From: Trichoplax sp. H2
Lineage: Eukaryota
Length of the DNA: 64,000 nt
Assembly: GCA_003344405.1 (NCBI GenBank)
Contig: NOWV01000001.1
Span: 930,001-994,000, forward strand
Direction of reading: 5' to 3'
Shown: positions 37,581 to 50,100 of the stretch, one piece after another
Layout: each line of letters starts with the position of its first letter
How positions within the stretch are numbered: position 1 is the first letter of the stretch
Position numbers and translations under genes: made by a program
The notes under the pieces: model-generated
Told to the model about the DNA's origin: nothing
Database searches by the model: none
Seen by the model: the letters and a program-made list of their open reading frames with translations, nothing else

Positions 37581-40500
37581 ATGCCAGCAAAGAGATCCAC
37601 AACCTCGAAAGAGATTTCACGTCGAAAAACTTCAGCCAAAATGCCCATCAGCAGCAGTAGCAGCAGCAGGAAACGCAAAAATAAAACTCCCTTGGATACT
37701 CAATCAAAAAGGCAAAAAGGTAAACCTTGACAGTTGCTGCTCTTCTCTTGGACTACGGCGGGAATTTTAGAATTTCAATTACTTTAGACATGATCGACTT
37801 TTCTGTAGCCAGTAAAAAACGAAAGCAGTTGACGACTAGGAATGAGTAAATCCCCGATCGATGCCAGTCCAATCAGAGTATAGTAGGGTTTGGTTAGTAA
37901 TAATTGACGCATTATGATGAACGCAATAGTCTGTAGATACACTCATATTTGAATTGGAGCAATCCAGATGAACTGCAGGTGTAGTTAAAGGACACCAGCT
38001 ACTGCAAGGATTTCAACACGGTATTGGTGTTCCTTATACGACTACAAATATGCAGTACTTCAATATACTGGATTACCCATACTGTTGAACAGTAATTGAT
38101 TTTCCTAAAGCAAGTTACGGTCCATGTTTCTCCTTGAGTAACGCTGTTACTGTCCCAGTATAATCAGTTTAATAAGTTAACCATATTTCTCGCTCAGTTT
38201 AACTGAGTTGTACTTAGTAAATAACTGCTAATAATTCGCAAGAAGAGTAAACCTTCACTCTATGGTACTCTATGAATTATAGTTGAATTATACAGTACTA
38301 GACGTTGCGATAGATGATAGTTGAAGTGTTTGTATAAAATAGATAACGGTATCATAGCTAGATTAAATATTGCATACGCCTAATTTGCATAATATAAAGT
38401 AAAGAAAAAGTGCAAGTGTGGAAAATGCTAATTCTTTTTGACCTGTTTAAAGTAAGGCAAAGGCTATTGAGTTCAATGCAAAGTTAACTGATTTATTCAT
38501 TTATAATATAAATTGCGGTCATCGTTTAGCTCGGCTTTCATTGGCTTCCGATGAAGCCGGGATAGTACTTGTATTGGGACAAGGGGAGCTTGGCCAGTTA
38601 GGATTGGGAGAAGAGATCTTAGAACGTAGCAGACCGACGGCTGTTAAGAAACTCCTTGAAGTAGAATTTATTCAAGTTGCATGTGGTGGTGTTCATACTG
38701 TTGCCTTGACTAAAGCTGGCGAGGTAGGAAGAGAAAATTTGTGAGTGTACTTGGATTAAACTGAAATGACTATTCTAAATTTTTTAAAAGCAAAGATATT
38801 TAACTAATGATTAGGCTGTATATCTAAATTCTCCTTTTGGGTCAGCACGGTAGATCCACAGCATATGCATTACTGTATTATTAGATTTATTTTAATTTCT
38901 TAGCGTTGTGTACTTGCCTATCAGGCTAAGTTGTGGTATCAGAATTAACGGTCAGCTTTGTACAACATCCTATATTACACTGTATTTTTATATTTTCGAA
39001 GCTTAAGTTCTGCTGAGATGTTCGCGAGATTACTATTGTATACAGTACTCTAATGCTTGAATAATGGCTATTATATACCTGGGTTAACACCTTTCTACAT
39101 TGTTTGAGAATGCTTAAATAGAAGTTAAATTAATTCAGTGATTTGTATCAAACAATGTACTCGTATAATGATTATTGTAGCCGTGTTCGTAGCGTTTAGA
39201 CTATAAAAAGCTCAGAAATGCAATTTACCCACTAGGTTTAAAGTATATATTAGCTAGCAGTAAGAAATACTTTTGTAAAACAGTTTAAGAATTAGTGTTT
39301 GCAATAATATATACCAAAATACCAAGAAACATCCAAAGCCTATTGCTGAATTGTATGTATCATTATTATGCATTGGTATCGTGTTCTTTAATACATAATC
39401 GATCTTCAGGGATCGGTAATATCGAAGGCGAAATGCCTGGATATAAATCTATCTTACTATTAGAAAATTATTTCGTCTTTACTTTTTAGAGGCGTACAGT
39501 ACTTAGATAGGCTTATTAGTTGCATAGCTGTATACCGTATTGCAATTTACTGGTGGTTTGCTAAAAGTTATAATTATTAACTGATCCTATAGATATATAC
39601 GTGGGGCTGCAATGATGAATGTGCCTTAGGTCGCGATACTTCTGATACAAGTGAGGCAGAATATTTGCCTGGGCTAGTTGATGGTCTCGATAATGTAAAG
39701 ATTATCCAAGTTTCAGCCGGTGATAATCACACCGCTGCCTTAGCCGATGATGGTCGCGTTTTCTGCTGGGGAAATTTCTGGGTACATGACATTTTTTCGT
39801 AGAATACTTCAAGGATGTAGTACTGTAATGCAAACCAACTAAAATTTTTTATGTATCTATATTAGGATAATCGGGGGTCTATAGGACTGAACCTTGCCGG
39901 TAAACAACCTCGGCCCATTGTTATGTTAGGAGATCCGAATGACCCAGTGATAAAGATTGGATCTGGAAATAATCATGTCGCTGCGTTGACTGCCAACGGA
40001 CTTATCTTTACATGGGGTTGTGGCGAGCAAGGTCAGTTAGGGAGAGTCGCAGAGAGATTTTGTAGTCGCGATACACGCCAAGGACTTAAACGCTTCTTGC
40101 AGCCGGCAGTTGCTCGTGTTACGCAAAGGAGCAAAAAAGATATAAGGTTTAGCGATATTTTTGTTGGCCCTTATAACTTATTTGCCGTAAATGCAGCAGG
40201 CGAAGTTTTTGCTTGTGGTTTAAATAATTATGGTCAAATCGGTAACGGTAACATCACTAGTTTATATTATTTGGCGAAAATTGATAGTTTATCGGCTCTA
40301 AATGATGGCAATGATGAACGACAGATTCTTATTGCCTCCGGTGAGCATCATACCTTAATTCTCGCCCGCAATGGTCGTGTTTATAGCATAGGTAGAGGTG
40401 ATTATGGACGCTTAGGGCTTGGTCCTGATGTTAAAGAATGCTCTCATCCCACTGAGATCGAAACTTTAGCAAATTCAGATATAAAAGCTGTTACCTGTGG

Positions 40501-40693
40501 CTTAGCAGTGTCTTTTGCCGTCTCCAATTCAGGCGATGTCTATTCCTGGGGCATGGGTACCAATTTGCAACTAGGTAGTAGCACCGACGATGATATATTA
40601 ACACCAACCTTGGTAAAAACGAAAGAAAGTTATAATTTCTTTGCGGCTTCTGCCGGTGGTCAACACACTGCCATCTTGGGTAAAAAGAAATAG
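37581..40693 (+). CDS. RCC1: Regulator of chromosome condensation 1 (Ran GEF), 4 coding exons
   Basis: Exons 37581-37719, 38530-38723, 39593-39781 and 39866-40693 join in frame. There is a basic N-terminal tail (MPAKRS...RKRK). RCC1 repeats read [75 protein letters not shown] and AGGQHT. Confidence 0.95.
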
Positions 40694-42874
40694 CTTGAGG
40701 TCTAATTTAGTGTTTGTAATTGACTAGCATATATTTAATCGTAACGTAGGAAATTTTGTATATATATTTACGTATATATATACATCTATATAAAGATTTG
40801 GATAGTGCGTTATTCGGTACCTTTTTATGGAAACCGTGCTAGGTTCCAGTTATTTCCGTAGCACTGATCGTTTGATTATGACCGTGCAAATTCTAATTAT
40901 ATAATCATTGAGTAATTTCCTTCAATGCGCATTATATTATATCTTGTAGGTCATGAATAATTGCAAAGCAGGGTTATTGCAGTCTCTTAATGATATATTT
41001 ACGAGTCTTAGTAAATTAATTTTTATAAAAATCTCTCGAGGTACGGTTGTACAACTTGTATTAGGATGCATTCATGAAATAGTGATTGGCCGTTATGGCA
41101 ATGACTGTACTGAGAAAACAGATCATTAATATAATAGCATATATAGAGCAATTTAGCTTTCCTTCCTTGGCATCTTTGGTTTAAGATGAGACCAGAATTG
41201 TATTTTAATGGTGGAACGATATTATGGGAGATGGATGTTAAAAAATGACTAAAGTATCAACATAGTGCTTGAAAATATGTCAGTAGTGTAGTTTACCGCC
41301 CGCTTAAGGTTACGAGGATATGCTACTTCGCTCTATTGCATGTCTGTGCTTTATGCGGAATATTCTATTTTATATATGTAAAACACGATTATCACTTTAT
41401 GTTTGTACTGTACTGTATATGTTATAATCAATAAAAGAATTATACGTACAAACGTTATTTCGATCTCCGGCTTGCAAGTTTGTCAATTATAACTTCATTT
41501 ACTTGATTTAATATGGTAGCGAGAGTGAACTAAAGTGCAATTGATCGCCAATTAAAATTATTCGCATACCCCCAACTGTATTATAATGTGGAGTTTATAA
41601 TACAGTGTACGAGTATATGTTGTATTCCGACAGCTATTCTAATGTGCATCACTATACAGTATTATACTTTATTTAGCTGCGCAAGTTATATTTGTATTTA
41701 TATGAGCTACTCTTTAATCATACACTAATAATTAGTTTATGATTTCACTTTATTTACCTTAAAAAGTTTCAGACTATTTTGGACAAGGTTTAAAATAGAT
41801 AGGTTATATACTGTGATGCAATGTGGCTACAATACAAGCACAATGTAAACAATGAAGTTTTTTAATCAATCAGTCATTGGTAAGTCACCAACAATAGCAT
41901 GAAAGGAAGCTAGAAATTTTATTTTGCGAATAACAAGGATTTCTTATTTTACCATGCACGGTATACTGTACTTGTCCATATAATTAGTATCATTGTTCTG
42001 ATTTGTACGTAAAGGCTCTCAGAACTCCGTTTGATAGATGATAGTACTCTTATAACTAATGATTTTCTAAAGTAATGTGATGGCACTCGCACAGAAAGGA
42101 TATCACGCAAAAATGCGTATAACATTATGATATTTGATCGGCTGCTTATATGCGTACAGGTTAATTGATTAACATCCTACTGTGCATGCTGTACTAGCAT
42201 GATTGATGATCGTTTAATTAATTTTGATTTCTTCACACGATTGTAATGTTAGCTATTCTTGATAGAGATGACACGATAATTGAAGGTAGATATCGTTTAT
42301 TGAAAGTTAGGATTAGGAGGAGGCGACACAGATAAGTTAGCCTCGTAGCAGCGTGATTCAAGACAAGTATCGAAGATAGATTAGTTATTAATCTTGTTTT
42401 AATTTAATTTATTGCTTTCTGCAGATTACCATTCATTTAAATGGTTGGATAGTTTACTAGTTTTAACTAGACATTTTGCAAACTGACTAGGCATTATGCA
42501 AAATTGCCGGAATTCTTCCCATAGACGGTGTTCAATCTACCGTAACATTGCTAATGTAGGTTTACCAAGTCAGCGTGTAGGAAGTAGCTCATGAGGTCAC
42601 ACATAACAACACCCTTCTTTCTTCTAAACTTTAAGAATCACTTTATTATGGTGCTACTTCGATTTATGATCTGTAATATGTTTCAAGTGAACCTTAAGAA
42701 CATACTGTACGTCTAGAAACAGGATAGTCTTCTGCACAGTACGTCATAAACAGTTTACGCACATTGTTCGTATTACGTAATCAAGCATCTGTAAATCACG
42801 TGGAGTAGAAAGCCTCCATGATGACAGTTCTCTTTAGCATCCATTACTGTTAATAATAATATTATAATAACTAC

Positions 42875-43525
42875 TAGTACAGTACAGTACAGTACAGTAT
42901 AGTTGTGGTGTGGATCATAGTCTGCTTTATTTAGGTCTCGCTCTTCTTCTACAGTACTGTACGCATGTGCAGTACAGTACAGTATAACAAGTAGTACAAA
43001 TTAGCAACAGTACGTTATGGTATCGTACCGTTTCATCGACAGCTATCTTCACCATAACAGTACAGTACAGTACTGTACTACCACTACCAGGTGCCATGAA
43101 TCTGTTCACTGTTCTCCTCTTGCAATACCAGAGGAAAATTAGTTTAGCATAATTTAATTTAATTTAGCTTAATTCATTTATACAACCATTATGGCTTTCT
43201 TTTTGGACCAGAAATGAAATGATGTCATAGGCTGTACCATGGATTAGTGGGTGTTTAGTAGTAGTCCGTGATACAGTAGACTGTCGTGCTCAGTACAGTA
43301 CACACAGTAGTCACTACATCTCTTTGTTCAAGTGTTAGTGATACAGTACAGTACTGTACACTGTACACTGTACAGTACAGTGTACTGTACACTGTACAGT
43401 ACAGTGTACTGTACACTGTACTGTACTTTCGCTTAACTCCAAGTCGTGTTGACTGCACGACTACAGTACATTACAGTACTGTGTGTACAGTATAATAGTA
43501 TACAGTACACAGTACTGTATACTGT
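42875..43525. repeat. ACAGT/ACTGT pentamer arrays upstream of the ARFGEF gene
   Basis: (AGTAC)n run at ~42876-42899, clusters at ~42950-42985 and ~43058-43080, and a palindromic array at ~43343-43427 (cagtacagtactgtacactgtacactgtacagtacagtgtactgtac...). Confidence 0.88.
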
Positions 43526-43776
43526 ATACCATGACCATGATTAGGGAGGGATTTTCTATTAACTATAGTACTGTAGTATACAGTACATAATACTACTGTA
43601 CATATACCGTACAGTATACCATGACCATGATTAGTGATTTTCTATCAACTATAGTACTGTAGGATACAGTACATATACCGTATATCATAACCATGATTCG
43701 GGATTTTCTATCAACTATAGTAGGATACAGTACATATACCGTATACCATGACCATGATGAGGGATTTTCTATTAAC
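43524..43776. repeat. Four-copy 60-90 bp minisatellite
   Basis: Core GTATACCATGACCATGATT...GATTTTCTAT(C/T)AAC starts at ~43524, ~43614, ~43680 and ~43741, with spacers made of ACAGT-type units. Confidence 0.9.
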
Positions 43777-44124
43777 CCACAAGAGTGTGACGACGTCATA
43801 CAGTAGTGTCATGCTACTCTGGAACCTCAACACTGAGTCAACAGTACAGTCACCAGCTACAATACGATGCACTGTAAACAGCATCGTAAATAGCAGTTTG
43901 TACTGTAGCGAATTAGACGTGTAGGATTATACCGCAATTTGCCGTTATACGTTGTACGCATGAGACATTGTGTTGTGAAGGTCTTTTTCAATGCTGCTTT
44001 CACTGGCTGTACTACAGTTGCTAACCTAGCCATCCTGGTGATACCCATTGCTTTTTTAGCCCTTAAAGGTGATCATGGCGTTACCATTTGACCAACTTTG
44101 TCTTTGAGTTTACTTGGAGAAAAT

Positions 44125-47100
44125 ATGCCCCAAGGTAGTAAAACAAAGATTATGTTCCTCACCAGAGCGTTGAAGAAAATTCTTGAAGATAAAGAAATAC
44201 GCAAGAGTTATCATGAACAATTACGTAAAGCCTGCGAATCCGCTCTTAGTAAGTAAAAGAAGCATTCAATGGTGCCATTTTATGTGCAATACGTTTGTTC
44301 ACAACGACATATACACTGATTTCCACTCAATTCGATACTGCATAGAAATAGTACGTTAATTAGAAGGACTATTTCAGCTTAATACTTGGTGACATACCTT
44401 ATGAAAAGAACTGGATAGAATTTCCACAAGAATATTACCCCAGTATTTTGCATGCTAATGGACAGGGCAGTAGCTAGACAATCTGACTCATCAAACTAGA
44501 ATCGTATAGTATCCTGTGGTACAATAGGGCGGCACGTACGTATGACTAACGCCATGGTGCTCACACACTTAAAAATCAATCCATGCAATAACATGTCTTT
44601 AGCTTCAATTACTTTCTTCAAAGATTGTTGTAAAAAGCATCAATGCATCGTGTAATGAATGTTATAGTTGATTAGCTACAATTCATGGTTATGTAATGGT
44701 CAAATTGATATTAACACTGAACCCATAACGGTATGTAAAGTGCTGGACATTATCATGAATAGTTCTTAGTCCAACGATCACCATGTTGAATGAAATTTGA
44801 AGTTACTATAGTAAGTCATGGAAACGATACCAATTGAATTATGTGATGTAGATGACATGAATTTAGGATAATCCAAAATTGATATTTGCTTCAAAGTAAT
44901 TGCAAGGACTGTAGTCGAAAAATAGCCTTTGACACTCATGATTGTACTTAAAATGGTCATTTAATGATAACTGATATACTTTGCCCTTACTGTTTACTAG
45001 CAAAGGAAACATTCCAAAGAGGTTTTGTGTTTCTAAATCGCTTAATACACTATATACATTTACACAGATGCTAATATGGATGCTAACTTCTGCACAGATG
45101 ATACACAGACTAAAAGGGAATGTGGATTACATTGAGTATACGCATACTTAGTAGAAAAGTGTTAGTTATTGTGGACATACGCATTAACGGGATAATGTCA
45201 TTATTAGCTTTGGAAATTTTCTCCAGCTAACCACTTTATTTTGGCTACTGATTTACTATCATAAGTACGATTTGGTGAAAATTGAATGAAAATTCGACTG
45301 GAGTTAAACTTGCGGTTTGTTGCAATAGCTTAAAACATAAACAACATCACGATTTTCCGGACTTACATTGTCACAATCGTAGATATTCTTAATCTAGTTT
45401 ACTGGATAGATTGTACTATTCAGTGAATGGACGCGGATACGATACGTAGATGTCAGTTTTAAGTGTATTTTTCGATTCCTGTATGTCAAATACTGTGCCT
45501 TGGTTTTGCATCGATTGAAGTACAGTATTTGGTGCAGATTCGTTACAAGATACAGTAGAGAATAGAATTTATAAGTTTAGGTCTTGCCGAGATGAAAGGT
45601 AAGGTCGAATCAAGTTGATTAAGTATTTAAGATAGAATTGAAAATTTCTTTTGTGCTGAAGTATTTCACAAGAATCCAAAGCCAATCAAGTTAAGCATGA
45701 TTTACAGTATTAATATTATTATTGTACGCGTTTACGCGGCATTGAAAGTGCCGGAAGGTTGGATAATTACGTGTCGAAACGAGAATCAGCACACTTTAAT
45801 ACCGTTGCGTGCAAATACATAGAGTATCATACAGGCTACAGCATATTTACATGCTATCATATCTCATTACGATATTTGTTAAATCACTGCAAAATAGCTA
45901 GTGGAATATAAGTAAAAATGTATCGCTATCATTTGTGCTATAATTATTGAACTATGTTTATCCATTAGTACTCTACATTAGTATGACTTTGAGTGATCGC
46001 AATTATAACTAGTGCAATGTACTACATATAATTAGAGTGATCAGCAGCAATAATTTTCTTATTTCTCCAACATACAGTTCATAAACATGTGTGGACAGTA
46101 TGGTGGGGGGTTACCTTCAACTATACAGTATATTCCTATGATACATACATACGGGCACATAGTTAATCCAGTAACAATGTTGTTATTTAATATAAGTGTT
46201 TTTGTCGTTTTTAAACGCATTTATAAATTGATTCGGGCTTATGCAACTATTCCTTTAATTAAGTCATTGCAAAGGAGCGTTTAATTTAAATTGTCATTAT
46301 TAATTATTTGGATCCCGTTTGATAAAAATCAAGAATTTATTGACAAATCATGCATGTAGTGTAAAATTAGTCAACGACAATACTACAGTTCCTTTTTTCG
46401 TTTGAATGAATGCTGATGATTTGATACTGTATCATAAAGTTTAAAAATGATTTATATGTAATTATCATGCTGAAATCATCGAAAGTAGTTTTATTTATTT
46501 TTATTATAGAAGAAATTGACGTTAAATATAGTATACTCGTCAGTTACATTGACATCAAGGCAGTAATAAGGTCTGTCCTATTGAAACTGGTATAAGCTAT
46601 GTTCGACCTGCCTCTTTTGTCATATGCTAGTCATTAAAATTTTTTTGGGGTGCAATATCAATTTTCATCGATAGGTGCAAATATATACCTTGCTCGACGC
46701 AATTGGGACTGTAAATTCACAACTGTTTTTAATATTTTGTAGTAACTATATTAAAATGGTTCTAATCGGTAAATTTGGTACTGAGAGTTTGCATGCATCT
46801 TTTGACCATCATAAATTGTTAATTCACGAATCTATAGATAATTCCATCAAACAATCTTCATCACGGTGTTAAGACGCTACTAGCATATACTGTATGTACC
46901 ATCATCATATACCATGCCGTTTGGTGTTACCGTATGGCACAGTAAATTTTTCATTTGTGTCCCACCCACAATGGTATAAATGAGTTGTAACTTTATGCAT
47001 TTAATCAAATCGATCTTTTTAGATAGTATTTTCGGTAAATCAGTACTTACTGATGCATCTACTACAGAAAGTGTGCAATGCACTATTTTTATTTAGCTTT

Positions 47101-50100
47101 GATGCAACAGGTCAGCTTTTATAATATTAAATACTTATTCTTGTAGATCAACTCAAAGCAGAAGTAACCAAATCCAATCCAGTGGCCCAAGAGTAAGTAA
47201 ACACCGTACTAGTTACTTTGTAAAATTTAAAAGAGACTTTCAGCTGGTGTTATCGTTAGCTTAATGTTTCGTGAGGTAAACGTTAAATTGAAAGTTATTA
47301 TTGCTTTCTCACTATTGAAGTAAATCCTCGACTCTACCGCTACCTAAATCACAAGATCCGGATGTAAATGCTGACGATTATTTTCTGCCGTTCGAATTGG
47401 CTTGCAAGTCGAGATGTTCACGAATCGTAATTGCTTCTTTGGATTGCCTACAGGTTAATTTTAGCTATGTTACGGTCAATCCTTGGGAATAGTCAAGTAA
47501 ATTGTAGCATAGCATGACGTAAAATTTGTCGATACGAATCTCAGTATTTAGATTTAGTGGATATCAAAGTTGTTATTATATATAGACTTTTAAGTATCTG
47601 TTTTGAGATAAATCAATATCTACGCACGTTTTTCGATCTAAGTTCAGTACCCAATGATAGTAAATTGTAAACTATAGCAATTTTAATTTCATGATAATGG
47701 CAACACAATACTATTTATACTAGCATTTAGACAAGTTTATTATCGCTGTACAGTCCTTGAGAATAAGGCTACAGAATAGAGTTGATTTAAAATTAAAAGT
47801 GCCTTATTATTTATTTTAGAAATTAATAGCCTATGGCCAGCTAACGGGCAACGGACCTGATAAAGCTGAAGATGGAAAGAGAAGATTAATCGATAGAATA
47901 ATAGAAACGATTTGTAAAAGTTTTAATGGAACTCAAACGGATGATGGAGTTCAGTTACAAATCATCAAGGTATAACAATTTGAGATATTTCTTCCCTTTT
48001 CTTTTGTGCAATGCAGACATTACATTATTTATTTGTTTACATTTTTATAATTTCATAAATTGAATGCGAAAGTTTGCGATGGTGTTTTAAGTTAATCCAG
48101 CTTGTATATTATAGTTTTTTTATGAGAATATTATGTTGTACTGACTAGTTTATCCTATATTTTAGGCTCTCTTAACTATAGTTACCTCGACATCTTGTGA
48201 AGTACATGAAGGAACATTATTACTAGCAGTGCGAACATGTTATAATATTTATCTTGCTAGTCGTAACACCATTAATCAAACTACAGCAAAGGCGACGTTA
48301 ACGCAAATGCTTAGCGTGATATTTTCCCGAATGGAAGTAAGTAATGTAACTATAACTAATCAATTAAATTTCTCAATTTTATGGACTTAGCAACATGTAT
48401 TGAATGTCTCCTGTAGTCACAAGCGGCTGCGGAACAAGCCAGTAGAGATAGTAAGAAAAGAGAAGGCCCTAAAGAAACAACACAATATGCGAATCAAGAC
48501 GGAAATCGAAGCAGAACTGATACTGACATCGACATCGACAATGTATCTGTTGTTAGTGAAAATAGCTTAGCTACTTCATCGGATGAAGTTCGTAAAAGCA
48601 CATCAACCACTTCAGATACTGTTAGCAAAGAAACAATACAATCAAAAGCGGAAGAAATTCATGAGCAAATATCACAAGCTGCTAATAATGATAAAGCTAC
48701 GTCGGATGCAGAGGAGCCGGAGGCTAAACATAATTCATCTACGAGTAGTCACCTTGATGGAATAGCCAATTCGGCTGTATCGTGTAATGATCACGAAGAC
48801 GCTAATAATGATAAAGCTGCTAAGGTATCGAATGAGGAGAATGCAGAAACTTCACAAGCAGAACAGCCTGAAGAAGAAGTTAAAGCGGAGGTTGTGACAT
48901 CGCCCGAAGATACCAGTAACGTTAGCACTGAAAACTCCATTACTAATAATATTCAAGACGGTGTCGCTAATGAGCATTCAGCAGCTGACGCTGCTAGCGA
49001 ATCTGAAAATATCACTAAAACGGTTAACATGAATACATTATTCTAACACTGTAAGTTTTTAGGAATTAATTATTGAATATATAAAATCTTATTTTCATTT
49101 AGGACGGTAATAATGCAGAGATTCAGGAAGTGGAAAGCGAAACACCAAAGGCTGAAAACAATGAGAACAGTTTGGAAGCAGTTCCTTTGAAAAATAGTGG
49201 ATCAAGCGATGAAATACAGTCTGCTACTGGCACTTCTGTAGAAAAGTATATAATAATGCATTGCTGTGGATGATTAAAAATTTTTAATGATATAAATGTC
49301 CAAATTGTATATCGAAATTATCTTGCTTTTATTAGTGAAACCGAGCAACAGCCAACTGACGAAGCTAATAATGCTGATGAGAAAGCAAATGCTACAGGAG
49401 ACTCAGTATCGCATGCTAAGTTCTCGCATATTCTTCAAAAAGATGCCTTCATTGTTTTTCGTTCTCTTTGCAAATTATCAATGAAACCTTTAGAAGATGG
49501 ATATACGCCCGATTCAAGGCAAATTATAGGAGTTATTAATAATATTTTAGAGTGCTTGTTTTATCGGTAATTGATGCCGGTTCGATCTTCATCTTATCAT
49601 TATTGCTATCTTAGATCCCACGAATTGAGATCCAAGGTGCTATCGTTGGAGCTTTTACTTTCGATTTTACAAAATTCGGGTCCAGTGTTTCGAACAAATA
49701 AGACATTTATAGATGCCATCAAACAATATCTTTGCGTTGCCCTGTCGAAGAATGGAGTTTCGTCTGTCCCTTCTGTTTTTGAATTGTCATTGTCAATATT
49801 CTTAATCTTAATGGAAAAATTTAAAACTCACCTAAAGATGCAGATTGAGGTATCCAATGATCTTGGTATTTCACATCTTTTAGAAGTGTTGCATTTAAGA
49901 GTCCTTCTGATTCAAATTCTAATCGTCTACTAGGTATTTTTTAAAGAAATTTTTCTCAGTATTCTGGAGACTTCGTCCAGTTCATTTCAACACAAATGGA
50001 TGGTAATGCAGGCTCTTACCAAGATTTGTGCTGGTAAGCATTGGACCGTAACCTAATTAACATGCTATATCGTATCTTGTCTATTAATATTTTAACTTGA

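Noticed and set aside
43524-43776. CRISPR-like repeat-spacer appearance
   Set aside because: Eukaryotic context, degenerate repeats, spacers that are related low-complexity sequence, and no cas genes.
42927-43799. Short ORFs upstream of ARFGEF, including a possible divergent exon MVKIAVDET
   Set aside because: Mostly repeat-derived, and I could not assemble downstream exons into a coherent minus-strand gene.
46125-46180. ATATTCCTA motif suggesting a U17/snR30 H/ACA snoRNA (vertebrate U17 lies beside RCC1)
   Set aside because: The partner AAACCAT motif and the basal stem are absent, and nothing similar was seen in the RCC1 introns.
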